From: Amoebidium appalachense
Lineage: Eukaryota > Protista > Ichthyosporea
Assembly: GCA_963693365.1 (NCBI GenBank)
Contig: CAVNZM010000012.1
Span: 1,550,001-1,614,000, forward strand
Length of the DNA: 64,000 nucleotides
Reading direction: 5' to 3'
Shown: piece by piece, positions 1 to 13,248 of the stretch
Numbering within the stretch: the first letter of the stretch is position 1
Layout: the number at the start of each line of letters is the position of its first letter
Notes under the pieces: generated by a model
Database searches by the model: none
Told to the model about the DNA's origin: nothing
The model's input: the letters and a program-made list of their open reading frames with translations, nothing else
Translations under genes and position numbers: made by a program

Positions 1-446
1 CGGGCGTGTACCGGCTCCCCGGGCCGGGCAGGAATCTACTTGTAACACAGCTGCAGGTTTCCAACCCAACCCATTTTCCCGTGTAGATGTCATTCGACCA
101 GGCGCCATGAAGCGGCTTTAAGTCTTTCAGACTGAGGGGAGTATTTTCCGGACAGTGTGTGGGTCCAAGCGTGTGTGCGTGTGTGCGCGTGTGTGTGTGC
201 ATGTGTGTGTGTGTGCATGTGTGCGTGCGTGCGTGTGTGCGTGTGTGCGTGTGTGTGTGTGTTTGTGTTTGTGTTTGTGTGTGCGTGTGTGCGCGCCCGC
301 GCGCGCGCGTGTGTACATGTGTGTGTGTGTGCGTGTGTGTGCGTGTGTGCGTGTGTGCTCTTGTGCGTTCGTGCACGTACGTGTGTGCGTGCGTGCACGC
401 GCGCTGCTAGCGTGTGCGGGCGTGTGCGGGCGTGTGCGTGTGCGTG

Positions 447-608
<162 letters not shown>

Positions 609-1323
609 TGTGCATGCGCTTGTACCAACCTCGATTCCCTTCGAGTGTCTCTTCGAGCGCCTCTTCGAGCGTCTCTTCGAGCGTATGTATACATGTAAGC
701 ACTTGGGTGCGAGAGGACGCCCCTGCATACAGTGTAGTCAGTGGGGCGTCATCGACTCATCGCTCGCATACGCACGGCCATCTGGAAACTCTGTGTGGTT
801 AATTACCACGGCCATCTAGAAACACCAGATGGCCGTGGTGGTTACGTAATCGTGGACTCATTAGCCAAATATGGTCCATATTTACCAAATTCGGTAATTC
901 TGCAAGCTCTTCGTGACTTGGCCGAGTGTGTACACGAGCCTCCGCCGGCAGGCGCCGGCGGGCCGCGCATAGGGGGGCCGTGATTCACACGGTGCAAGGG
1001 TGTCATGGACAGCTGTCATTCATAATTTGTTTTTAGTTTTTGGTTCCACTTTCTCAAGAGACACGCCTCTTTTCAGGGTAGAATAAGGCCAAGCTGAAGG
1101 GAAAAATCCACCGTTTTAGAGTTTTATGAGCTACGAGTCGTCCATCGTGACCACCGGCCCACGCTTTCCCCCATTGGAGGCGTAGTATGTACATATAGGT
1201 ACGTAGCCGTGAAAAGAGGAAATTTCAAAAAGGAATAATATGTGCCAATATGACGCTACTGTAAAATAATCGTTCTCCACATGATGGTACCCGGACATAT
1301 GTGGAGGTACCTAAATATTCAAT

Positions 1324-1677
1324 GCCGAAGGACGTCGACTGGCCAATCAGCAACTACTAGGCCACCACATCAATCTATTTGTGCTCGTGTATCTGGTCAC
1401 GTGGTTTCCCTATGTTCTTTTTACCCTCCTCTCTCTGCCAATGAGCCATATTAAGGTGCCCGGTTGGCTTGGACCCCTTCAGTCTGCGTGTGCAAGTCTG
1501 TCGGGTGTGTTGAATGCGGCGGTGTATTGGGTGTTTCTCACACTGCCCTCGGAGCAAAATAGTGGTGGGGGGTTCTCACGTTGTGCAAAGCTACGGGTGC
1601 TGGTGCGAAAGATTCTGTGTGTGCCGCAAAGCGATGACCAGCCTGCGTTAACTACTGCAACAACACATGGTTCATAA
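1324..1677 (+). pseudogene. Orphan terminal-exon fragment (TM6-TM7 and C-tail) of a cAMP-receptor-like/Git3-type 7TM receptor
   Basis: Translates [39 protein letters not shown]...[18 protein letters not shown]...GS*, nearly identical to the last exon at ~15183-15488. Similarity stops abruptly at 1324 in mid-exon with no acceptor, and unrelated sequence lies upstream. The rest of the gene could lie upstream of the window. Confidence 0.7.
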
Positions 1678-3068
1678 ATTCAGTGTATCTTAATAAGCAA
1701 ACTCTGCCCCCTCCGACCCCCCCCCCACCAGCCCATCCCTACCCCTCTCCCTCCCAAAAAATAAAAAGACAGGAGAAGGTTCAAAGCGAAGGCAGTCATA
1801 TGTGTGTGTATATATAGTAGATGGTTTGGATGATACGGTCTATATTTTGGGAAATCAAATGAGACTACTATCCCTCGTGTGCATGCATGGCTCACTGCGT
1901 TTTCCAGCACCGTGCCACCCGACTTCATAGGTAAGGGGCGCAGCAGGCGCACCTGGTGCGTGTAGATAAAGATTGTTTGGAATACCACTAAACGTGCGAT
2001 TCCAATCACCACGAAGAAAGAAAAAGGGGCTGTAATTACTAAGTGTATATCTAACGCGTCTCTGTTGAGCTTACTGTTATGTAGTTGCCTGCAAAAGTAA
2101 ACTGGTTGGAGGGCACAACTTCTTCCTGTCAGTCTTGAAACCCCCCCCTTCCCCCCCTTTTCCTCCCCACTCTACCCCCTTCCCCCCCCTCTCTCAAAAA
2201 AAAATCTCCCCCAACCCCGTTCTCCGCACACCCTAGCCGTCCACCCACATACCCATCAGGCCACCTTTGCGCCCATCCAGCCTTACGTTCGTGTTTATAA
2301 CTTACGGTTTTGCGCATTTGCAACTATATGATATATAGGGATTCTCATTGGCTTCCTCAGTAAGTTATAATTTGCATCGTACCACTCTAACAACTAAAAA
2401 CGAAAACAGTTCACATCATAGATTAGCTATCCACGAAAACATCTGAACACTCCACCCCCATTTTGAATTACACGAGAGTTTTCCAAATTTATCAAAAAGC
2501 GCCTGCAGCTAAACCGCCCCCCTCCCCCCCCCCCCCCCCCCCCCCCCTCTCCCCGCCCCACCCTTCCCCTCCCCCCGCTCTCTCCCACCATTAATTGGCC
2601 AGGCCCGTTAGGTTAATAAACTCTCATATAGCCAGACAGTGCACTCTATTATCAATAAAGTGGTGATCCCGCAATGTGCCACAGTGTGTGTGTTTTGAAA
2701 TTCGTAAAAATGCTCTTAGAGAGTCGTTGTACATCCTATATTAGTGCCCCCCTCTCTCCTGCCCTCTCTAGAGCTCGAGCATGAGTATGCGTGCCCACCC
2801 CCCCCTCCCCCCCTTCCTCTCCGAACAACCCTACCCACCCAGCGGCCGCTCTCCCACCGAGACCACCCCCTCCACCCTCCCCCCCCCCCCCCCCCTCCCC
2901 CCCCCCCACCTACCCACCAAACAGCCCACCCGCCACCCGTGATGTGCACTTCTATATCTGTATTGGTCAGCAACAAATGGAAAGAAGAAAACAGAACAGT
3001 GAAACCCTACCCCCCCCCCCCCCCCTCCCTCCCCCATCACTACCAACACCACTGCCCCACAAACCTAA

Positions 3069-3164
<96 letters not shown>

Positions 3165-3184
3165 GACACACGCACACACATGCA

Positions 3185-3254
<70 letters not shown>

Positions 3255-3873
3255 CATACACACACACACACCGTGACACAGACAGACACATACACACACA
3301 CCCACACACAAACACAAACACACGCACTCACAAACACAAATATACACACACTCATAAAGCCTATAAAAAAAAAGCCAAAAACCAGAAAATTTCCAAAAAA
3401 TTATTAAGTCAGATTATGCCTAGGCTATCCCGGTACAAACTTCTAGATCACAGGAATTTTTTGCACCGCCCAAACTTTGCTCTCAATGAAACTCATTTTT
3501 TGGTGTAAATGGGGTGAAGGCGCTGGCGCTCCTCTCATCATCTAGGTGATTAAGTGCAGCTACCACCATTCCCCCCCCCCCCCCATATCCCCCCCTCCCC
3601 CACCACCACCACCACCACCCCCGGCCAAAAAAAAAAAAGAAAAGAAAAGAAAAAATAGAAAAAAGAAAAACAGAAAAAAAAAAAAAAAGAAAGAACACAC
3701 GGGCGCGTGCGCGGACTCACACGCACACATCCACACTGTACAATGACTTCCCCACTTACCCCAGTCTGAGAAAGGCACCAGCGTTAGAATCTCCCTTTAA
3801 TCACCAGAACCATCATTTCTGCTTAGTACCATCTCACGTACACGTGGGCCGTACACGTGGGAATGTATCACTG

Positions 3874-4065
<192 letters not shown>

Positions 4066-4838
4066 CCCGGCCACATTTCCCCCTACAACAAACCCCTCTC
4101 ACCCCCGGAGCCCGACCCTCCCACTCGTTCTTCTTTCCCCAACCTCCCCCCTTCCCCCCCTCTCCACCTGCATCCCCTGCCGCTGCCTCCATCCCCAGGT
4201 CCTTTCCCCAACCACCACTGTTATGTTCGAAGTCTTCATCAAGTCATTGAGTGTATTTTGTTTCAAAGTAATTATTTCTCTTATCTTTTTTTTTTTTTTT
4301 TTTTTTTTTTTGGGGGGGGGGGGGGGGGGAGCGGGACATATGTGTGTGTGTGTGTGTGGGGGGGGGGGGGGGGAGATTGTGTGTTGCCACCAGCGGATGC
4401 ACCAATCTATATGGCCCAGTCACCCACCCACTCACCAGTGCACGGGCATACACGTTGCTGACCTAGCAATCCCTTACAGGCCACTTTGTCTGATTTATTT
4501 TACCGTAAAAGTTAACGTTGTACCCTTAGGCTACACCACCGCCTTAGAAGGGTGTGTTCCGGTACCTCGGCAGGAGTATCCTTTGCAAATTATTTTTCCA
4601 ACCCAACAAGTTGGTCGTAACATTTTTGACCAGGCGGCCAACGGCCTATAAGTCCATAAATACGAACCGCCCATAGCATGTCATCATCACTGCTGAATGT
4701 ATTTGTTGAGAAAGAACAAGGTCACGGTGCCAAAAGGTCATACTTTGCTAGCAATATTCATCACTGCTGGTTCTGATTACATACTAATTCTAGGCGATAA
4801 TCTCCTAGTACTGTTTCTTATTGTGGGTTGCCTGTCCC

Positions 4839-5465
4839 TTACACGGACATGCACAGCCATCTTCTTATTTTTCTCCTTGTCGACTCACTATTGAACTGTG
4901 AGGAAGGTGTAGCCAAAAGCACCCAATACACCGCAGCATCCAAAGCACCGGCACACCCGTTTAGTGCTGCTTGAAATGGCCCCAACCATTGCGGGGGTTG
5001 TATAGGGATTTGTGGGAAAGAAACAAGTGTAAAAATCACAAATGGGGTCCATGTTACGATGTAAACGAGAACAAAACAGTTCATGTATCGGCCCAGTCTT
5101 CGCTGTTTCGCCAGCCGCCGCTCCTCCGTTGCGGTGGAACTGCTGAGTGCTGATTGGTTGTTGCTGCAGTTGGGAACAGCGGGAACGGCGAAGGCATGGC
5201 CATGGGGCACGACCAGAGCTGGAGAGCTCGGCTTTGCCTGCTGAGCCAGTATCTGTCAATACAAACTACTAGCATTAGTAGGCTGTTAATGCTTTCATTC
5301 AGAATAGGTACACCTTAATGTTTTTATCGAGTATAGGCTAAGTCAATGTTTCATTGAGTATAGGTACACGTGTGCGTGCACGTGCCACGGTATCTCATGT
5401 GTGAGTGTGTGTATGGGGTAGGCGGGCAGATGAGAGGGCGGGCGGGCAGGTGGCGGCGGGGGCGG

Positions 5466-5499
<34 letters not shown>

Positions 5500-7111
5500 G
5501 CAATGAACTAAGTGCGAACCTTAAGCATTGCTATCCTCCCCCCACCTCCCCCTCCCCCCTCTCCCCCCCCCCCCCCCCCCCCCTCCCTCCCTCCCCCCTC
5601 CTCCCCTCCGGGTCTTCCGGTTGCTGTTCGTGAAACATATGCGCCCGGAATCGTATACTTACACATATGAAGCCGTGTGTGTGTGTGCTTTTAAATCCGC
5701 TCGCAATGGTTCAATATTGATAGATGGAATGTTATGTACACACGTGTCTGTGTGTGGTGATAGTGCAATGTGCTCTAAAGTGTGGTGTATGTGTCTAATA
5801 TGAACGGCATGCAGTACAGTACAACGTGTTTAAGTATGAGGGCAGGTGGATATGTGCATACCGTATCAAATGGAGGCCGGGTGTCACAGTCGGGAAGGGC
5901 TGGTTGTTCCGTGGCGCAATTCATGTTGCCTGTGCCTTGTGCGTCAACCAATTCCGTGTCCCGGAAAACTACCGTATTTGGTGTGTTCGCGTCAAGAGCA
6001 TGAGATGTAACACTTGTTTGGGCTTCCCGGTTGGCCGACGTATCAGGATGGCTAATTGAACCCGTGCCATGTGTTGTTGTGTAATCCTCCATTATGATAT
6101 CATGAGTGGGTTGAAGTGTTTGCACCAAATAAGTGGCTGCGCCAATATCTCCTCTCCCACCGGATTGCAAATGCTCATCGTTATTCATACCTGATACAGT
6201 ATTTTCGTTCACCTCGTTTCCTGGTGGCAAATTCAGTGAGGGGTTTCGGCCCTCAGTGCCACCCCAAGCCGGGTTTAGGGGAAACCGAAGGTGATTGGAC
6301 CGGAACCGAGTCGATTGCCATAAACGGTAAGTCGACGTCGGGTAGCAGAAGGCGCACACGAGCAGCGTTAGAAAAGAGTATGCCAAGTTATAGAACACGC
6401 TGAGTATGAAGTATCGCTCGGTCACTCCACATCGCATCACGATCCTGCGGGAGAATAAATGAGTATTAGCTATATTAGCTCTGGGTCACCGAGTTTTGGA
6501 TAAACCACACTAGCCTCGGTCACTCGTAACAGGTGCTTTATCTGAGTACGCGGGTATGTTGAAAGCAAAGTCACTAACAGAGCAATTAGTAGCACCGCCG
6601 AGTGTGATAAATGTGTGGGTGTGTCTTTGTGCACGTCTTCTTCAAGGGTGTTCAAGTGTGTGGATGTCGATATTCATATCTTAGTGCTTGCTTACTTGCT
6701 TTTCCATGATATCTCACAGTTGAAATGTGGATGGGTGTAGCTGCAGCCGTGCATGAGTACATACCTAAATGTATCGAGCAACGATTAAAGTCCTCTACGG
6801 TAGCTGGATTCTGAATGTTGTTACAGTGGGTGATTTTCAAATCAACTTAGCTGGTGAGTGAATGCAAGTTACATAGCGCCGGCGAGGGCCCGGGGCGGGC
6901 CGGGGGGGGGGGGGGGGAGGGGACGGTGGGGGAAAGGGTGGGGGGAGGGGGGGGTAGGGGTGGGTGGGGGGGGGGGGGGGAAGGGGGGGAGGGAGGGGGG
7001 GGGGGGGTTAGATAGGTTTGAAGATCGAGGAAAACGACACTCAGGAAGAAGAAGGACAAGGGGGTGGGAAGGCGGGGTGTGAGGGGAGGTGAAGGTGGTG
7101 GTGGTGGTGGT

Positions 7112-7145
<34 letters not shown>

Positions 7146-7900
7146 GGTGGGAGGGAGGGAGAGGTGGGGGGAGAGAATTTGAAGACAATATAATTATCCT
7201 CCAAGATAGTATATCAAAATCATTTCCGGCATGAGAACGGAAAAAAGGACGGGGGGCGTAAGGAGGTGCCAAAGGAGGGGGAGGGGGGGAAGGGGGGGGG
7301 GGGGTACATGACATTTTAGTTTTATTCTTCGGTTCGGTATTTTTTTTATTATTATTATTTTTTTTTTTTTTTTTGGGGGGGGGGGGGGAGGACCAGGAGA
7401 GTGGCAATGTCATACCTTCCATATCCGTCCGGAAGAGCCAGGGGGATGACAGCCAGCAAAAGAGGCACACCAAATCCCACCAATAGGAGGATTCGGATAC
7501 TTTCTATAATCGGAGATCGGTCTTTAACGATCACCACCCACACGTTCACCGCCACCAACACACGGCAGGTGACACTACACAACTGTCCCCACGTCAACGA
7601 AAACCCAATGAACGCACAAAGACGTGTGCGTGCACATGTTCTCGGGTCGGATAAAAATAGAATGGTGGACAACCCAGAAAGAGCGATATATAGCAAATCG
7701 GCAAGACTGATGAGTCCCGGAAAGAACTGCATGATGGTGAAAGTATGCGGGTGGTATTTCCATATATGGAAGACCTTTAGGATGATGTAGATGCTGCAAA
7801 AGAGAGAAATAGAAGATGTCACCAGGTACACTATCTGCAACGGGGCAATAAGGGTGAAGTTAAAATGTGCAAAAGGTATGCATCCGATTTTTGGTGTGTG

Positions 7901-7943
<43 letters not shown>

Positions 7944-7990
7944 CCGCACGTGTGTGTATCTGTGTGTGTATGTGTGTGTGTGTAGGTGTC

Positions 7991-8026
<36 letters not shown>

Positions 8027-8305
8027 TGTGTTTGTGTGTCTGTGTGTGTGTGTGTGTGTGTATGCCAGGCGCGTGCGTGTGCATGTGCGTGTGCGTGTGT
8101 GTGACTGTGCAGCGTGTGCGTGTGGTTGTGTGGATGTGTGTACGTGAGTGTGTGCGTGTGTGCGTGTGTGTGCGTGTGCGTGTGTGCCTGTGTGCCTGTG
8201 TGGGCGTGTGCGCGTGTGCGCGTGTGTGCATATGTGCGTGTGTGTGCGTGTGTGCGTGTGTGCGTGAATATGTGCGTGCGTGTGTATGTGTGTAAAGGTC
8301 AGTGT

Positions 8306-8336
<31 letters not shown>

Positions 8337-8991
8337 CCCGCACGTGTGTGTATCTGTGTGTGTATGTGTGTGTGTGTAGGTGTCTGTCTGTGTGTGTGTG
8401 TGTGTGTGTGTGTTTGTGTGTTTGTGTGTCTGTGTGTGTGTGTGTGTGTGTGTATGCCAGGCGCGTGCGTGTGCGTGTGCGTGTGCGTGTGTGTGACTGT
8501 GCAGCGTGTGCGTGTGGTTGTGTGGATGTGTGTACGTGAGTGTGTGCGTGTGTGCGTGTGTGTGCGTGTGCGTGTGTGCCTGTGTGCCTGTGTGGGCGTG
8601 TGCGCGTGTGCGCGTGTGTGCATATGTGCGTGTGTGTGCGTGTGTGCGTGTGTGCGTGAATGTGTGCGTGCGTGTGTATGTGTGTAAAGGTCAGTGTGTG
8701 TGTGTGTGTTTTTTTTTGGGGGGGGGGGGGGGGGGATGGGGGGAGGGGGGGGGGGGGGGGGAGGCTTTGTGGCCATTTTGGGGGGAGGGGGAGGAGGGCG
8801 GGGGGGACACATGGCCCAGGAAAAGGATTCCGAAAGCAGAGGTGAGAATGTTAACCCGACACTTTTGATTCAAATTGAATTCCGTAATGGCCCAAGACAG
8901 TAGCCACCCACACCTACAGTACATGACCTACCTTCGTAGTTACATATGTCGACTGGCCAAACTGTGTGTTGCACAGCTCATTTGGAGCCAT
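4839..8991 (-). CDS. 7TM G-protein-coupled receptor, cAMP-receptor-like/Git3-GCR1 type, ~491 aa, 4 exons
   Basis: Exons (minus) 8991-8932 ([20 protein letters not shown]), 7834-7416 (TM1-4; ISLADLL, VAVNVW), 6444-5862 (C-G..., TM5, long loop), 5252-4839 ([20 protein letters not shown]). All introns are GT-AG and the phases are consistent (1476 nt). Intron positions match the paralog at 11440-15488. The family assignment comes from motif recognition, not a search. Confidence 0.85.
7893..8708. repeat. Tandem duplication (~410 bp x2) of a compound GT/GC microsatellite in receptor intron 1
   Basis: The unique interruptions (gcccgcacg, gtaggtgtctgtc, tatgccaggcgcg, gactgtgcagc, gtaaaggtcag) occur twice in the same order. 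Confidence 0.85.
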
Positions 8992-9513
8992 GTTGTTGGG
9001 ACTCGTTTCGGCTGGTGTTCTGCATGAAAGGATAGCTCAAACGTCAGTTTCGCGCCATGATATCGCAGTGTCAAAAATCCTTTATTTTTCTCACCAGCAT
9101 TCATAGGTTTGGGCATCACACTGGCTTTTATCTTTTTTTTTTTTTTTTTTTAAAAGTTTGTTCCCGGAGAGCCTTTGGAGGCCCTCTAGGGAAAATACCG
9201 TCTACCACACAGCACCGACAGTACACTAGTTAGGGTGCTATCTATGAGTTTGGCAAGCTAGCCAAGCTTTTAATTGTCATCCTTGCTGTTTTTGCCTCGG
9301 TGCAAAACATGCAACTTGAAGGCAGAGTTCAAATGATTGGCCTAGCTTCTAGCTACGATCTTCTGGCAGAGAAAACTGTAACTCGGTATGCAAGCGAGAT
9401 GATAAAAATATGATGGTCTAAGGCCGGGTCCTGCTCCCTCCCTCCCCCCCCTCCCCTCCCCCCACAATCAATCTATTTCTTCCCCCCCTTCCCCCCCCCC
9501 CCCCCCCCCCTCC

Positions 9514-9544
<31 letters not shown>

Positions 9545-11439
9545 AAAAAAAAGAAGAAGAAGAAGAAGAAGAAGAAGAAAGAAAAAAAGAAAAAGCACTT
9601 TCTCTCTTTAACTCTTTGACCCTATTCCTTCACCGCTTTTCTGTTTCCTGCTTCACAGTTCAGCAAGGCCTTTTAAATCAACTCACCTGCCCGAGAAAGG
9701 TCCAAATGAAAGGTATATGTCTCAGTAAAGGTGTACTCAGAAAGGGCTGAGTTCGAGAAACGGCTTAAATTTTGTGAATGCGGGTACATACATACATATA
9801 CACACGGTAAGTGCATTCAAAACAATGTGTGCGCGTGTGTGGGTGTGTGTTCGTTTTTGCGTGTGGGTGGGTGTGGGTGTGTGTGTGTCGACGCGTGTGC
9901 TTTCCTACAGCCCCCGATGGCCTTCGAGTGCATGATTATCAGAGCACGCCCTGGCCGAGGATGGGCACGCGTCTTTGATTACGTATTCGTGAACTTATCT
10001 TGCAAGCCATATATGGAACAATAGTTACCAAATAAAGTAACTTTGCAGACCTGGCTCTTATCAATCCGCGATCTCTACATTTTTTTGGAAACTCGAACCT
10101 CAAGGGCCCACGGCGTGGGCCCGTGCTCCGTGGGCAGCTATGCCTTTCATATCCTGTCTTTAGTTTTTGGTTCGGCTTCCTCAAAACACAACCATTTTTC
10201 AGGGTAGAATAAGCCCAAGCTAGAGAACAAACCCACCGGTGTGGTTTTATTCCTACGAGAATTGTCGTCGACGCCTGCTGCTATCATGTCTTCTTCGAAC
10301 CGTGTTTAATATCGAGCGTTGCCTGCCGGCCGCCACCAATTGTGCCCGGGACATGTGAAAGAAGAAGCCTGTTTTTTGCTACTCCGAGCTAGAAGCTTCA
10401 CGGTTCGTGCTTCATTGGTGGGGTACAATGTATGCATACTTCTGTACATACTTCGACCAGGTCCTGCATATGTATGTATGAGCCGGATCCACAACGCTGG
10501 AAAGCAATTATCAACTGCATATACTGTATGCAATCGCAGTTCCTTCCATGATAGAACTTTTTCAATTTGGGAGGTAGAGTTGTGACCATGTATATATGTG
10601 GCTCCAGTATGTTGGGGGGGCATGCGTATGTATGATTGTGTTGTACGTGCGCCGAAGCTTAGGGGACTGGCATGAACGCAGCCGTCCGCGTGAGACCACG
10701 TGCACGTTGAACTTCTTGAACAAATATTTGCTTGCATTTTTCAGCCACTATTGCTTCCAGCTTGGGGACTCGAAGCTACCGGCACGTTTCTACATAACTG
10801 AGGCAACTAACTATATGTAAACGTGGGTTTTGTCAGATTATTGGCTTTTTTTTTTTTTTTTTTTTTTTTTTACCGTACGGTGCTTTATTTTATTAGTTAT
10901 TATTTTTACAGTTTCAGTAGCCCAATACAGGTTCGTCACCAAGCAAAAACAAGAAATCTCGGAGGTCCTAACGTGTATCAAGCGTGTTGACTTTTGTGCA
11001 GCTTCAGACGTTCTAACCTCAGCTCCCAGAAGCCCATTTTCACAAAAAAAAAACGGTTTAAGTAAAATTCCAAACCTTTCTGAGACTCATGGAGCCCGGT
11101 CGTTATTCCATAGTTATTTGAAGTAGAATTCTGGTGGCCTAATAACTGACCCGTGTATTGACACACCACGAACAGCATTTCTCCTGTTTTGTTTTCCCAC
11201 AAACTCCCTTTTTTCCTTACCGTGCTTGGCGTCTACCTTTTCTTTCTGCCCCCCCTTTTTTAGGGAGACACGGCACTTCTCGAGGTCTACTTTTGGTGGT
11301 GCTAAAGGAATATGTTTGGAGCTTCAGGTGATCCATCAGTGGCTGATAACGGACTGTATTTTTGCCTGCCGAAGTTCTAAGCGCCTTGGTACTTTGATAC
11401 TTTCCCCTTCAGGCATTAATATTAGCACAAAAAAACGTC

Positions 11440-11536
11440 ATGGGTAGTTCCGTCAATGAATTTTGCAACCACCAGTTCGACCCGGCTACCTTCAAAACAA
11501 CAAAGGTGGGTGATTCTCTGTTTTTTTTTTTTTTTT

Positions 11537-11585
<49 letters not shown>

Positions 11586-11768
11586 GGACGATAACCTGGG
11601 TCTGTTAGACTTGTGATGAGTGGAGACGCCACTGGCCGCATCACGTGAGGTTCTTATAACTATTATTGTTTTTGTGTGTGTGTGTGAGTTACGTAAAACC
11701 AAAAAAAAAAAAAAAAAAGGGGGGGGGGGGGGGGGGGGCAGAAGTGGTTGGAGATGGAGAGTTTTTTT

Positions 11769-11801
<33 letters not shown>

Positions 11802-12199
11802 GGGAGGGGGCAGAAGTGGTTGGAGATGGAGAGTTCTTTTACAGGACTTACCCCCAAGGCCTGCCGTGCACGTGTGGAATGGCTTTATAAAGCTTTACGC
11901 CAGTGATAAAATCATTTATTTGCCAACGTTTGCGCCCTTTTCTCTTTTTTCTGTTTCCTTTCAAGTTGCGGGGGGAGGGTGGGGGGGGGGGGGGGGGGGT
12001 TTGAAAAGGGGAAAAATTTCGACAAAACGAAAGGAAGACGGCACGTCAGCTTTTGCCCGTCCCAGCTCGTTGCCATCGTAGAATTTAATCTAGACTTGGT
12101 GCAACCACGACCACCACGAGCCCCCCTCCCCCTTCAACCACTCTCCCCCTAACGCACACACACCTACCCACCCACCCACCCACACCCACCCACCCACCC

Positions 12200-12230
<31 letters not shown>

Positions 12231-12302
12231 ACCCCCCACACACACACACACGCACACGCACATGCACACACGTACACACGTACACACGCACACACGCACG
12301 CA

Positions 12303-12334
<32 letters not shown>

Positions 12335-12349
12335 CACACACACCGTGCG

Positions 12350-12391
<42 letters not shown>

Positions 12392-12989
12392 ACGCACACA
12401 AACCTACAGGTGGTGTCTTTTGTATGCATCCCCGTAGCACTTTTCCCAAGCACCTACATCATCTTCAAGGTCTTCCAAAAATGGAAAAACGACCGCCAGA
12501 ATTTCAGCGTAATGCAGTTCTTTCCGGGGCTGATAAGTCTGGCCGATTCTCTATGGGCACTTTGTGGTGTTACCGTTGCAGCCGTGCAATATTTTGACCC
12601 GAGCACGTGTGCAAATGCACGTGTGTGCCCTGTTATGGGCTGGGCTTTCACATGGGGTGTTCTATCAGCCACAGTTTGCCCAGCTTTAGTGGCGGTGAAT
12701 GTGTGGGTGGTGATTGTCAAAAACCGATTACCAATCATCAAGAGGATCCGTACACTTCTATTGGTCGGATTCGGCGTGCCGTTTGTCTTGGCCCTCATTC
12801 CACTGGTGCTTCCTAGGGCATACGGAAGGTATGTATATATGTATGCATGATGTGAAATTGTGGCTGAATGTGGCATGTTTGTGTGCAGGTGTGATACTCT
12901 GCACTATGGACCAATCCATAAAGTAATTATTATCAGGCTTATTTCCCTTTAGCCAACAGGAAATAGCGACCAATCCGATTGCCCTGATG

Positions 12990-13072
<83 letters not shown>

Positions 13073-13204
13073 TGTGTGTGTGCGCACGCGCGCGCGTGCG
13101 CGCGCGCACGCGCCGTGCAAATGTGTATCAGTTACAGGTGTGATGGTTTATGATGGGTCTCGAAGCCCCGCTTGTCGCGGGAGATATCAATACTATGGCA
13201 CTAA

Positions 13205-13248
<44 letters not shown>

